IMG/VR virus record: IMGVR_UViG_3300046779_002131
Coordinates: 1-64,000 of that record
Strand: one strand, 5' to 3'
Length of the DNA: 64,000 bases
Origin: a virus
Shown here piece by piece: positions 25,755-35,708 of this stretch (positions are counted from its first letter, which is position 1; the number at the start of each line of letters is the position of its first letter). Below the pieces are notes generated by a model. That model was not told the origin of the DNA and searched no databases. It worked only from the letters and a program-made list of their open reading frames with translations. The translations under genes and the position numbers were made by a program.

Positions 25755-27296
25755 TCAATCGGATATTCCTCTTTCAAGATCATCAAGTTTATCTTCATCT
25801 AATTCCTCTTCCTCGGTGTCTGTGTTTTCAAATGTAAAATATTTGTTAAACATTGTGTTGGCATTGTTGGCACGTCGACCGGTATATCCCCGAGTACCGA
25901 TAATCTGCTCCCATAATCTTTCATGTCGGTCAATCAAATCTAAACTTTGATCACGATCGCGCAATGCAAATATTTGATCCACAATGTCTCGCACTGCGAT
26001 ACGATCAAACCGTTCATTGATCAACATTGATGGCACCACGCCTGAATCGTAGGCTCGGTTGGCACGTTGTACTGCTTCAATGTGCATCCAAACATTATGC
26101 CCCATTAGCAATGCATAGGAGAAACTGTCCCATGATGTTTTGCCCTCTTTACCAATTTTATTGAGCATACCTGGAGCGTACACACAAACGTCAGAAATTT
26201 TCATTCTTGCAGTGATAGGCGAATCTTCAAACTTCTTGTGAATGCCATCTTGTGTAACTGCATCACGAAAACTGCGTGAATCTGTAGCATACTTTTTGTT
26301 GTCTGCTGTGGGCTCCATGAAGTAGTTGAAGCGTCCACGATCTTCAATACCAATTGAGTGATACAACTGTCCATTGGCAGTGGCCAAGAACGGTGATGCA
26401 CAATCAAAACTAACGGTAAAATTGGGGTTGTGATACCGACGTACTGCTCGCATAATGTCCGTGAGTAACAATGCCCATTCCAGGCGTGACGTGCCCAAGA
26501 AGTGCATCCAATCGTGAATACCAGGTTCAAGTAAACCGTCGTGTATGATATTGACAATTCTACGCAACACAAGATGAGCATCACACATGTTCTGTCCACC
26601 CATGCCCCAACCGTTGAAATGACGTCCGGGATATTTTTTTGGATCGCAATACTGCTTCATTAAGTCATACCAACGATCGGCTTCGGTGTGATTGGCACCT
26701 TGTAAAACATTCAAGAACTTAGTACCACCATTGTCAACACCACGACGATGCTGAATGAAGTATTCATTGTTGTAGTGTGTGGCTTTTACTGCATCGTCGT
26801 AGTCTCTAATACCAGTTTTTTCAGTGGCTCCGGGTACGTTAGCAGTCCATGTGGGAATATCTAGGGTCATGCCATAGTCGGCCATGCCATCTAACCATTT
26901 CAATGCAGCATCACGTTTCTTTTGTGCTCGTGGGCAGTTGGGATCTTTCCAGTCACCTTCCCACACACCCTTGGCAATTTGGAATCCACCTGAGTCACAC
27001 AGCAATGTAGTATGTTGACCCCGGTTACGCATCATATCTTCTCTGGGATCTGCTTTGGTGAGATCTAAGTTAGCATGACCTGCTGAATACAGTGCCCAGC
27101 GATAGGGAAACAATCCTGCTTGATCATTGAAGATGTTTAGCATTTCCATGTCAGGAAGGCCAGCTGGCATACGTTGGGCATCAACATAGGGTTCAAAACG
27201 TTGACGACCAATGTATGTACTGTAAAAGCTTGATACCGCAGGTAAGAACACAGCGTAATCTTTTTGTGCGGCAGTTAGATCATGTTGTTCTGTCAT
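25755..27296 (-). CDS. TGT-fold guanine transglycosylase, DpdA-like (probably DNA-acting)
   Basis: DSGGFQ, MTLDIP, VLQG, WGMGG, HFLG and SFDCASP TGT motifs; no obvious CxCxxC zinc site of bacterial tRNA TGT. Confidence 0.75.
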   Translation of the reverse strand: MTEQHDLTAAQKDYAVFLPAVSSFYSTYIGRQRFEPYVDAQRMPAGLPDMEMLNIFNDQAGLFPYRWALYSAGHANLDLTKADPREDMMRNRGQHTTLLCDSGGFQIAKGVWEGDWKDPNCPRAQKKRDAALKWLDGMADYGMTLDIPTWTANVPGATEKTGIRDYDDAVKATHYNNEYFIQHRRGVDNGGTKFLNVLQGANHTEADRWYDLMKQYCDPKKYPGRHFNGWGMGGQNMCDAHLVLRRIVNIIHDGLLEPGIHDWMHFLGTSRLEWALLLTDIMRAVRRYHNPNFTVSFDCASPFLATANGQLYHSIGIEDRGRFNYFMEPTADNKKYATDSRSFRDAVTQDGIHKKFEDSPITARMKISDVCVYAPGMLNKIGKEGKTSWDSFSYALLMGHNVWMHIEAVQRANRAYDSGVVPSMLINERFDRIAVRDIVDQIFALRDRDQSLDLIDRHERLWEQIIGTRGYTGRRANNANTMFNKYFTFENTDTEEEELDEDKLDDLERGISD

Positions 27297-28084
27297 TCAA
27301 TTCCTAGATCTTTTCTTATTTTTGTTGCAGATATTGATGTTATGTTATCATCGAATGTTTCTTGTTCTATGGTGTAACCAACATCGCGACCGTATGTTAT
27401 ATTAACAATATTAGGCACAACTTGCAACTCGTACTGACCTTGATATAGCGGATCAAGATCTCTACGGATAAACTTTTTGACCTTGTCAATCTCGAACGGA
27501 TTAGTGCCTTGCCAGCCCTGGCAATCTCTAATCATTATACAAACCTGACCAGTTTTGGCAATGGCACGTTCAAACAAGGCACGATGCCCTTCATGCCAGG
27601 GTTGCCACCGACCTAACATTTGTACTGTGGGCTTTTGCCAATCAAATCTAGGTCTGCGACGATTGTCTAGGATATGATCAGCAACGAAATCTGCCCACTT
27701 CTCACCATTTTGTTCTGTGATTCTAAAATCATAAACTGTAGGTTCGTCAAACATAGCATTGGTGTCAGCATAACGACCTTCGCGAATAGTATCTACCCAG
27801 ATAGTCCAATCTGCTTTATAGTTGTTACGCATTTCTGGCAAGGGTGCAACAAAGTCTGCAATTGCATAATCGTTGGTAGTTTTATCAGCAAGTTCTCGCA
27901 TACGACGACTTTGACGTATGCGACCTTCATAACTAAAATCCCAGTCATTATACTCTTTGCGAACTTCGTCGGCATTGAACCAGACAACTGTGCGTCCTTC
28001 TTGCCAAAGTCGCTCGCGCAGTCGTTCAGCTAGATATGTTTTGCCTGCGCCCGGCAAGCCCATGATTAGTATTCTAGCTGGCAT
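27293..28084 (-). CDS. APS kinase (CysC)-like domain fused to a cytidylyltransferase-like (HxGH) domain
   Basis: MGLPGAGKT P-loop, NADEVR, DFSYEGRIRQ; C-terminal GRWQPWHEGH and ISATKIR. Confidence 0.75.
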   Translation of the reverse strand: MPARILIMGLPGAGKTYLAERLRERLWQEGRTVVWFNADEVRKEYNDWDFSYEGRIRQSRRMRELADKTTNDYAIADFVAPLPEMRNNYKADWTIWVDTIREGRYADTNAMFDEPTVYDFRITEQNGEKWADFVADHILDNRRRPRFDWQKPTVQMLGRWQPWHEGHRALFERAIAKTGQVCIMIRDCQGWQGTNPFEIDKVKKFIRRDLDPLYQGQYELQVVPNIVNITYGRDVGYTIEQETFDDNITSISATKIRKDLGIE

Positions 28085-28433
28085 CGTTATGCACTTCCTG
28101 ACGAACAAGTTCAAGCATGATCTCAAACTTTTCATGTAGGTCTTTGAGACCAGGATGTTTGTCCATGAGCCGTTGTAGATTTCTTTCTTCAGACCTTTTT
28201 TCTTTGGCCCAATCCAATAACTCTACAGCTTCTGATGATAGACCTACATTGGCATGATTTTGACAAATCTGATGCCAATGCGAACCGTCGTAGACTTCTA
28301 GATACTGACCCGCGGTGTTAAATCGCACATCGCCTACACCCAGGGCACCGTGCTGATGATTAAGGTAAGTAGGCGGCGGATTACCTCCGCTGACCATTAT
28401 ATAATTAGTTCCTGATGTTAATGATTTGATCAT
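28074..28433 (-). CDS. hypothetical protein
   Basis: ORF; LEVYDGSHW motif. Confidence 0.65.
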   Translation of the reverse strand: MIKSLTSGTNYIMVSGGNPPPTYLNHQHGALGVGDVRFNTAGQYLEVYDGSHWHQICQNHANVGLSSEAVELLDWAKEKRSEERNLQRLMDKHPGLKDLHEKFEIMLELVRQEVHNDAS

Positions 28434-29152
28434 TTTGTAATAGCTGGTAAGAAGTATGTGTACACTGCTAGGCCCGAATCCACGGTGATTTTGACCATGC
28501 CGCCGTCGCTGAGATAGATTTTTTTATCACCCACAAGATTCATAATTGAAATAAAGATACCTACAGGATAACTCCAGGCACGTTTTAACTGTCCTGACAC
28601 ACCGCTGTGAAATACAAAGTTACCGGCATGTGTTGAATGATCACCAAAGAAAAACTTTAGGTCGCTGCCATCAGTTTTCATTTGAAAAAACTCTTCTTCG
28701 GCATTGGCCTGCGCCTGCCACTTCAGTCGTTGAATGCCGGCTACTGTGGGCTCAAATTCAATTTGCCACTGTGGAGAATTGAACTTCCAGGGTTTGACCT
28801 TGGCAGTAACAACTGCTTCACTCATGAAACGATAGCTGTTTTTAAAATCACCAGTGGCGTTTTCAAAATTAAGACTGTCGGGTTCGCCAGTGTCTTTCTT
28901 GGTCACAGACATCTTGGCATTCTCTTGATACTCTTGTAAGTTCAATAGAATTTTGAGTTTGTTTAGATTAGGCATGCCCACAGTACCAATAAAATCTGGG
29001 TGTGGTGTGGCAAACTCGCCTTGTATAACTACACGATTGTTATCTGATGCACCAAAAATTTCAGTTTGTTTGTCAGTGCCAATAACTTTAATTGTGTCGA
29101 TACAGCCTAAGTCAAATGTATGACTGACCATATCTAAAAGATTGTCTCTCAT
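28430..29152 (-). CDS. DNA sliding clamp (T4 gp45-like)
   Basis: About 240 aa, close to the DNA polymerase, with clamp-like C-terminal beta pattern (ITVDSGLAVYTYFLP). Confidence 0.6.
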   Translation of the reverse strand: MRDNLLDMVSHTFDLGCIDTIKVIGTDKQTEIFGASDNNRVVIQGEFATPHPDFIGTVGMPNLNKLKILLNLQEYQENAKMSVTKKDTGEPDSLNFENATGDFKNSYRFMSEAVVTAKVKPWKFNSPQWQIEFEPTVAGIQRLKWQAQANAEEEFFQMKTDGSDLKFFFGDHSTHAGNFVFHSGVSGQLKRAWSYPVGIFISIMNLVGDKKIYLSDGGMVKITVDSGLAVYTYFLPAITK

Positions 29153-29203
29153 AGGATCTCCAGTAATAGGTTTATTGTAGCAGGAATATTTAGATTTTTG
29201 CAA

Positions 29204-30148
29204 CTACTTTGGCATAATTTTTGCCAGGCTTTGACCACCCCGCAATGTAGTCAGTTCACCAGGTTTTGCTAGTTCGTACCAGCAAAGTTGATCTCGCGCA
29301 TCATAGGTATATCGATGCTCAAAGCCCAGCATCGTGGCAAGATTTAGAACCATCTCACCTGGAGTGTAACAGGCGTAGTTGTTCTCGCAAAGTGCAACAG
29401 GATGAGCATTGTCACAATTGTTGATTGTGAATATAAAGATGCCACCGGGTCTAAGTTTGTTTAAAATTTCTGTGAAGTAATGTCGCATGGCCTCCAAAGG
29501 CCTGAAGTTAAAATAGTTGTATGCAAAAATTAATCCAAATTGTCCGTTGGGTAGAAATGGCATCAAAGGTTCAGTTTCGCTTTCTTTGATGACATAAGGC
29601 CTAATATGCCTACGATATTTTTCATTGAATCGATCAAGTGTGGGTTCTAACAATTCATAGAATTGATCAACAATGTACAGTGGACTTCCGGCAACTAAAT
29701 TGTTGACAAATTCTTCATTGCCGGGTCTGATACACAACACTGGATAACGCCAATCAGCCCAGGTTTTAACTCTAGCCCACAAAGCTTCGCGATCTTCGTC
29801 GGTACCAGGTATTAATCGTCGTTCTAAAATATACTGAGCAGTCTCATGCTGCATCTCGTTAGTATACCACCGATAGCTGCGTTCAAAGTATGGTGGTTGC
29901 ATTTGCTCAATAAGAACACTGACCTCATTGGCCACTGTGTCTAAATGATTTTCAAGCGCAGCCAGACTACTATGAACATTATTGATAGTATGCTGTATAT
30001 CAATTTCAAACTTATTACGAATGTTGACTTCTTTGCGAACCGAACGTATTAAAAAATCAAGATGATTGTCCACAGACAGTCGATATTGATTGCTTGCACG
30101 AAGCTCATCAATTTGATTTTTATAACGTACTATGTCGCTTAGTTTCAT
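29204..30148 (-). CDS. coiled-coil plus degenerate methyltransferase-like domain
   Basis: FGLIFAYNYF...LRPGGIFIFT resembles class I MTase motifs. Confidence 0.5.
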   Translation of the reverse strand: MKLSDIVRYKNQIDELRASNQYRLSVDNHLDFLIRSVRKEVNIRNKFEIDIQHTINNVHSSLAALENHLDTVANEVSVLIEQMQPPYFERSYRWYTNEMQHETAQYILERRLIPGTDEDREALWARVKTWADWRYPVLCIRPGNEEFVNNLVAGSPLYIVDQFYELLEPTLDRFNEKYRRHIRPYVIKESETEPLMPFLPNGQFGLIFAYNYFNFRPLEAMRHYFTEILNKLRPGGIFIFTINNCDNAHPVALCENNYACYTPGEMVLNLATMLGFEHRYTYDARDQLCWYELAKPGELTTLRGGQSLAKIMPK

Positions 30149-32811
30149 TCAAATGTAAAAAAGTTTTGCAATGTGCTTTCGATATTTGTAGCTGATTCAA
30201 GATCCCAGTCCAGTACACCTAGTAGATTATCAACCTTAGCATCTACTACTGTAGCTTCCATCTCCGAATCATCAAACGGCAAATCTTTGAACCATTGCGG
30301 CAAATGCAATTCGTCAGTGGGATATCCAACACTGGTCAGCCCTAGAGGATTGTTGCGCAATTTACAAACAATAGTTTTCATCCCGTCGACAATGGCCATG
30401 CTGTAGTTGTCGCTGTTCATGCGTTTGAGATTGTTCCAATTCATGGCCGCACGTACATGACCTGGCATGTTGGCTTTGCCCTTGCGTTCTTCTTCTTTGG
30501 TAAACTTGGTTAGATTGTTTACACGTTTGGGAGTGCCTTTTTCCCAAGCCGGACGTTCTTTGAATTCGTATTTAAATTGTTTGATCTTTTCTACTATGTG
30601 ATCTCGTTCAGCACCAGTGAGTACGTCGTTGAGAACATCACTGAGAAATTCTTGTATGACTTTGGGCGTGTCTGATCTTTTGAGATCAAGTCCCATGGCC
30701 TTGACTTTGCCTGGTTTTCCTTTGACATCAATACGTTTGTTTTCCTTGTCAAAGTATAAAACTGCATAGCGTTTCTTGGTGATAAACAAGCCCTTGCTTG
30801 CAACAATTTCTCGACCGCCGCGTATCACTGAGCCCATCTCTCTAGGAACATGAAATGCCTGTTCCATGAAACCTGGGAATGAATCGTTTACTTGGTCAGC
30901 AATAGAGTTATACAGCGCAATGCAGGTCTCTTTACTCCATTCCATGCGACCTTCAGCGACCTCTTTATGTAATACAGGCCAGGCCGAGAAGTAGCACGAG
31001 TCCGTATCACCATAAATGATGGAGTCTCCCACATGATCATAATTTCCTGTTAGACATTCATTTACATACGCATCCATATGTTTGGCAATGGAGCGTCCAG
31101 TAAGCGTGGTTGATTGACCAATACGTTTATCAAAGAACCTACAGCCAGGATTAAGAATAGCACCATACAAACTGTTAAGATTAATCTTTTTAACCAACTG
31201 GCGTTTGTCCCAGTATTCAAATTGCACATTATCTACACCTTCAAATTCTCGGGCCTTGGCCTGCATTTCTTTACGCTCAGCATACCAACGTTTGAGCAAT
31301 CCTGGAACCACACCTTCTCGTTCGTAAGTAAAAATAGTGCCATTGGCTGATAACATCCAGGGCTGCCGACTGTCAAATATCAAACGCCAAACTTCAGCGG
31401 CACTATGTACCGACTCTTCGCCGTTTTCCCAGTCAATGATAACTTCAGTGCCTCGTTGTTGTTCCATCACCGCAGTGTACTCTAATGTAGCAAACAATCC
31501 TTCCCATGCCGCAGCAAAACTCATACCCGAATTCATACGTTCGTGTATGAGTCTATCAGTCATGTGCGGTCTAAGTTGTCCGATGATGGTTTCCGGTGCC
31601 ATGTTAAGAGCGCGGATCGCTGAGGGATAGAGCGAGTTGATGTCAATTGAACCGATCCATTCGTGAAGCCCTTTTTTGGGATAAGCAACATAGGCACCTG
31701 CGGCTTGTGTATCTTCATCTGTGAGTCTCTCTCTACGGTTAGGTACTACCAAGCCACGTTCATGCGCTTCGTTGATAATGGCCTGTTCAGTCACTGCCAC
31801 AGCACCCATTGTGGTTTGCAGCAAAACTGTGTTTTCGTGAGCCAGTGTATTGGCTAGATCCAGGAACTTGAGTTTTTTGTCCAGGGAAGCCAACCCGTTG
31901 ACGTCTTGACGGTTATACTCGATAAACTTTTTAAAATCTTGATTATAGAGTTGATCTAGTGTGCCTTCGTATTTGGTTTTACCTTCGAGTTCTTCGTATT
32001 CAAGAATTGAATCAAGACTATAGCTGTGACGTTCTTCGTATGTGTATTTGCGATACAGTTGCATATAGTCCATATGCACACGACCTATGAGATCATAAGT
32101 TTGTGCTTCGGCACCAAAACGTTCAAAGGTTCTCTGTTTGGGAAACTGTCCCCAAAGACAAAATCTACGTGTGTCATCTTTGCTAAGAGCACGTACCACA
32201 CGATTTACGGTATAAGGAATATCATAGCCTTCGGAGTTCCAACCCGACAATACGTCCACATCATCAATCAAATCCAAGAACATTTCCAACATTTCGGATT
32301 CGGATTCAAACAAGAAAGTATTGGGGAAATCTGCAACAAGTTCCTGGGCAGTCTGCATGCTGAGACTGCGCGGCGGCACTGCTAGTGTTACCAATTGATC
32401 CAGCCAATTCAAATACACCGAAATAGCAGTAATAGGATTAAACGGATCTTCGGGCCGACTATAACCTTTTTCGGGATCAAAGTCTACTTCAATATCGAAA
32501 AATGCTGCGTGTAGTTTTGGGGCATCTTGTCCTTTGAAATTTTCTTCTAGGCAGCGAAATACCGGATTGATATCTGACTCATAAAATCGCTTGCCGTTGC
32601 GTATCCGTAGTTCTTTGCGGAATTCCTTGTTACTGCGTGATGAAAATCGGGCAACCGGTGTACCATAGATACTTTGGAATTTGCCTCGGGGGTCATCATA
32701 GTAGAACACATAGTTTGCTGGAAACTCCTGATAGTGTCGTTTACCACCTCTACGTTCTACAATGTGAATTCGATCGTGATCACGATCAAACAATGCATCA
32801 ACATAACTCAT
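30145..32811 (-). CDS. family B DNA polymerase (T4 gp43-like)
   Basis: Exonuclease FFDIEVD, GWNSEGYD and YNRQD; polymerase SIDINSLYPS, KINLNSLYG, YGDTDS and KKRY; no intron or intein. Confidence 0.97.
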   Translation of the reverse strand: MSYVDALFDRDHDRIHIVERRGGKRHYQEFPANYVFYYDDPRGKFQSIYGTPVARFSSRSNKEFRKELRIRNGKRFYESDINPVFRCLEENFKGQDAPKLHAAFFDIEVDFDPEKGYSRPEDPFNPITAISVYLNWLDQLVTLAVPPRSLSMQTAQELVADFPNTFLFESESEMLEMFLDLIDDVDVLSGWNSEGYDIPYTVNRVVRALSKDDTRRFCLWGQFPKQRTFERFGAEAQTYDLIGRVHMDYMQLYRKYTYEERHSYSLDSILEYEELEGKTKYEGTLDQLYNQDFKKFIEYNRQDVNGLASLDKKLKFLDLANTLAHENTVLLQTTMGAVAVTEQAIINEAHERGLVVPNRRERLTDEDTQAAGAYVAYPKKGLHEWIGSIDINSLYPSAIRALNMAPETIIGQLRPHMTDRLIHERMNSGMSFAAAWEGLFATLEYTAVMEQQRGTEVIIDWENGEESVHSAAEVWRLIFDSRQPWMLSANGTIFTYEREGVVPGLLKRWYAERKEMQAKAREFEGVDNVQFEYWDKRQLVKKINLNSLYGAILNPGCRFFDKRIGQSTTLTGRSIAKHMDAYVNECLTGNYDHVGDSIIYGDTDSCYFSAWPVLHKEVAEGRMEWSKETCIALYNSIADQVNDSFPGFMEQAFHVPREMGSVIRGGREIVASKGLFITKKRYAVLYFDKENKRIDVKGKPGKVKAMGLDLKRSDTPKVIQEFLSDVLNDVLTGAERDHIVEKIKQFKYEFKERPAWEKGTPKRVNNLTKFTKEEERKGKANMPGHVRAAMNWNNLKRMNSDNYSMAIVDGMKTIVCKLRNNPLGLTSVGYPTDELHLPQWFKDLPFDDSEMEATVVDAKVDNLLGVLDWDLESATNIESTLQNFFTFE

Positions 32812-32817
32812 ATATTA

Positions 32818-33102
32818 TTATAGCATCCTTATAAGTCCAACTGTATCAATTGTGGTCAAGAGCAGATAGTTGGCCAACATCCCAAAACTCCTACGTGTCC
32901 AAGCAGCCCAAGTATACAAAGCACAGCCGGTTATCCAAATAGGATAGAGTATGAGAAGAGGTGGCGTAGGCACAGTAAGAGCCATAGTGACACTGCAACC
33001 AACAGAAATAATCCAAGCCAATAGCTCAACACAAAAGCGACCGGGACTGGAACGATAGTCAGACCTAATCCAAGAAAAAACTTCATAGACTATGTCGTTC
33101 AA
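32818..33102 (-). CDS. small membrane protein
   Basis: Three hydrophobic segments. Confidence 0.65.
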   Translation of the reverse strand: MNDIVYEVFSWIRSDYRSSPGRFCVELLAWIISVGCSVTMALTVPTPPLLILYPIWITGCALYTWAAWTRRSFGMLANYLLLTTIDTVGLIRML

Positions 33103-33359
33103 AGAGTTTTGCCTACGGTTGTGAGAATGGTTTCAAGTAATTCGTGATCTTGCTGTGCCTTGCCAAACTCAGCCTTGTGTGCTATTTTGATTGCTTTCTT
33201 TAACACAGCTGGTTTGATTTCAAGTTCTTCGGCCACGGCTTTGACAGTGTCATTGAGTCCGCCGGTAAGTGTTTCAACTTCCATCATAACCTGCATGCCT
33301 TCGTTGATGAGTTGAGTGAGTTTGGCTTTTTGTTCGCTGCTGAAATTACGATCGTTCAT
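33099..33359 (-). CDS. small dsDNA-binding protein (T4 DsbA/GapR-like)
   Basis: LNDTVKAVAEELEIKPAVLKKAIKIAHK pattern; SD AGGAGG. Confidence 0.55.
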   Translation of the reverse strand: MNDRNFSSEQKAKLTQLINEGMQVMMEVETLTGGLNDTVKAVAEELEIKPAVLKKAIKIAHKAEFGKAQQDHELLETILTTVGKTL

Positions 33360-33377
33360 GTTTCCTCCTAGTACTTG

Positions 33378-33406
33378 ATTGTAAACAAAATTTTGTAAAA
33401 AGTCAA
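33378..33406 (-). promoter_or_regulatory. sigma70-type promoter for the polymerase operon
   Basis: TTGACT-N17-TACAAT. Confidence 0.65.
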
Positions 33407-34431
33407 ACTTTCTTGTTCATTAAATTAACCAGATTGGTAGAGAATGTTGACTTAGGAAATCGGTTGCGAGTTCGCCGCAGCATGTCTAAGACGTCATTGT
33501 AATGAGCTTTGTGACGATTCAAAGGATTGTTTTGTTGCCACCACTCCGAACTCCAATGCCCCCAATCTTCGAGTTTTTGATAATCAACACGTTTTGCAAA
33601 GCGGTCAGCATATTCAGCTACCTGTTCAATTTCATGCCAGTTTGCTTCTTGTACTACAAAACAGAAATGTTGAATTATGGATTGATATCTACTGATACCT
33701 TTCTGCAAATCTTGCCAGTTACCTCCGCGTACCTGTGCATAAGTCAACTCAGTGGCAGCATCAATGCTTATTGTAAAACTTATTTTGTCTTGAATACAGT
33801 CTATTAGGTCTTGATGATGCCAAAGTAATGTCCCATTTGACGGAGACGTCACCTTTATATTTGAATAGGGATAGTGTTGTAGTCTACGCAAGAATTCCAA
33901 CCCACTATGGCTGGCCAATATTTCACCACTGTTAATTGGAAAAAGTCTAAACTGTTGTTCTGGATGAGACATTGCATAATCAAAGATTTCATTGAAAATA
34001 GCTTTTTGCTTTTGTATTTTTTGATTGTTTTTTTCTTGTATGATATGTTCGCGACAACTAGGACATTTTAAATTGCAACTTCGATCTAGATCAATTTTTA
34101 TGTTTGTAGGAAACTCATCGGCTTTGGGAATGATATCAGGGCGCGGCGGAAGATATTGTAAATTAGGGCATGCCCAATTGCAATAGGTAAACTCTCCTGC
34201 AGCCACAGAATCTCTAACAAGTTGAGCTTGAGCATTGTGCCAAATTTCTTTGATTGAACTCTGATAGATATTGCCTATGGCGTATGGCATGTGAAACTGA
34301 CAACCGCAGAGCATCACATCACCGTCTTCGTCAATTTCAATCATCTGATAAGGATTGTAACAGAACTTACCAGCATAGTTTGGTTTGACAGTGGGACGGT
34401 ATTTGTAGTGTACCAATACTTCAGGTTTCAT
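33403..34431 (-). CDS. radical SAM protein with N-terminal SPASM domain
   Basis: CNLKCPSC; N-terminal CYNP..DGDVMLC..IGNIYQSSIKEIW. Confidence 0.85.
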   Translation of the reverse strand: MKPEVLVHYKYRPTVKPNYAGKFCYNPYQMIEIDEDGDVMLCGCQFHMPYAIGNIYQSSIKEIWHNAQAQLVRDSVAAGEFTYCNWACPNLQYLPPRPDIIPKADEFPTNIKIDLDRSCNLKCPSCREHIIQEKNNQKIQKQKAIFNEIFDYAMSHPEQQFRLFPINSGEILASHSGLEFLRRLQHYPYSNIKVTSPSNGTLLWHHQDLIDCIQDKISFTISIDAATELTYAQVRGGNWQDLQKGISRYQSIIQHFCFVVQEANWHEIEQVAEYADRFAKRVDYQKLEDWGHWSSEWWQQNNPLNRHKAHYNDVLDMLRRTRNRFPKSTFSTNLVNLMNKKV

Positions 34432-34441
34432 TTATGATATT

Positions 34442-34633
34442 TTAATATTGATATCGTCTGACGTGATGAAAAATAAATGGATTTGCTTTTCTAGTACCTG
34501 GGTCGCCGCCAACATTTAAACGAAGATCAGGATTGATATTTTTTGTAACACTGTTAATAACTGTTGCTATGTATCCATCGGTGGTGCGTATCAAACATAG
34601 TCCTTGATTATTAGTGACCATGTAGATGGGCAT
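34442..34633 (-). CDS. hypothetical protein (MPIYMVTN...)
   Basis: Shorter ATG start avoids overlap with the structured element. Confidence 0.5.
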   Translation of the reverse strand: MPIYMVTNNQGLCLIRTTDGYIATVINSVTKNINPDLRLNVGGDPGTRKANPFIFHHVRRYQY

Positions 34634-34682
34634 TCCACAATCATCTTCTGATACATAAAGCATTATTATTGTTATTATTATA

Positions 34683-34766
34683 ATGCTCACTTAACATTGT
34701 AGGGTAGCGAATCCGCAATGTAGGGCAGCAGCCGCCCACGCAACCTAGACGGTCCTAAGGTTGTGT
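34683..34766 (+). ncRNA. candidate structured element with three hairpins and a possible pseudoknot
   Basis: ACATTGT.GGGT/ATCC.GCAATGT; GGGC/GCCC with AGCAGCC loop; ACGCAACCT/AGGTTGTGT; G-U pairs favour the plus strand. Confidence 0.45.
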
Positions 34767-35518
34767 TACCAGTTTCGTGCAGTTTCTAGATAATCTATGA
34801 GATTTCTAAACTTAGTTTGATTGTCTGCACTGAGAACAGTTGTATAATCAGAATACGTATAGGGGCTTTTGGTTTTGATCTCAGTCCATATCGCTGTGAA
34901 ATCATCGTGGTACTCTGTGCTATTTTGAATCAGTGGTGTATAGGGAACAGTTGAATTAAACCATGTTTGTAGATCGCTATCTAATACCGGAACTGTGAGT
35001 CCACGGTCTGCAGCCACAGCTTCTAACAGTGGCAAAAAGCTTGATATCATAGGAAAGTCTTGATATCTAATCACTGAATTTACTAGAGGGTCTGTGTCCT
35101 CTTTCATAAAGTTCATTAATTGCTGGAACATGTTCTGATAGAAATCAATGTTTGATTGACGTGCAAATTCAAACGCAGTTTTTTGCATGTGCCAAAAAGT
35201 AAACATTCGTTCGGCTCGTTCTCTATAAGTGCCTTGTAAACTGATAATACGTCCGGCATCATAACACTGTTGCACAATATCTGTTGGTAGAACCGAAAGC
35301 AACACAGCTTGCACTATACTGGGCCCAGTGGCCAGTTGGCGTAGACTTGATAAATCTTCAGTGGATAGTTCAAATCTATCGACTAATCTAAGGTCATACT
35401 GTGCATCATAGAAATCATCATCAGCACTGGTATAACCAAAATCTTCCCACCAAATTTTATGCACTAGCCGCAATGGTATTTTGGAAGTGTAAAAATCAGG
35501 GCAATGTACTATAATCAT
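34766..35518 (-). CDS. hypothetical protein
   Basis: SD AGGAG, preceded by TAAATA. Confidence 0.7.
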   Translation of the reverse strand: MIIVHCPDFYTSKIPLRLVHKIWWEDFGYTSADDDFYDAQYDLRLVDRFELSTEDLSSLRQLATGPSIVQAVLLSVLPTDIVQQCYDAGRIISLQGTYRERAERMFTFWHMQKTAFEFARQSNIDFYQNMFQQLMNFMKEDTDPLVNSVIRYQDFPMISSFLPLLEAVAADRGLTVPVLDSDLQTWFNSTVPYTPLIQNSTEYHDDFTAIWTEIKTKSPYTYSDYTTVLSADNQTKFRNLIDYLETARNW

Positions 35519-35546
35519 TTAATACTCCTATCTTACGGTATTTACC

Positions 35547-35708
35547 TTAGTTTGGTGCAGCTGATTTTTGTTGCTGCTGTACAAATTCTGTTAGTTTGTG
35601 TCGAGCTTCGAGAAAATTAGAGGCTTCTATGGTCACTGTCTCTCTGACGTCTTCACCGGCGTCGTTTTTGCCCACCACAACTTCAAATGTATAAGAATTC
35701 ACAATCAC
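35547..35708 (-). CDS. small hypothetical protein, 53 aa
   Basis: GTGA overlap with the upstream stop. Confidence 0.5.
   Translation of the reverse strand: MIVNSYTFEVVVGKNDAGEDVRETVTIEASNFLEARHKLTEFVQQQQKSAAPN

Noticed and set aside
25755-27296. Calling this a standard bacterial tRNA-guanine transglycosylase (tgt)
   Set aside because: It is much longer and divergent, lacks the C-terminal zinc motif, and sits in a DNA replication context. The substrate is unproven, so no gene symbol is given.
30145-32811. Intron or intein in the DNA polymerase
   Set aside because: The 888-aa ORF is continuous with normally spaced motifs.
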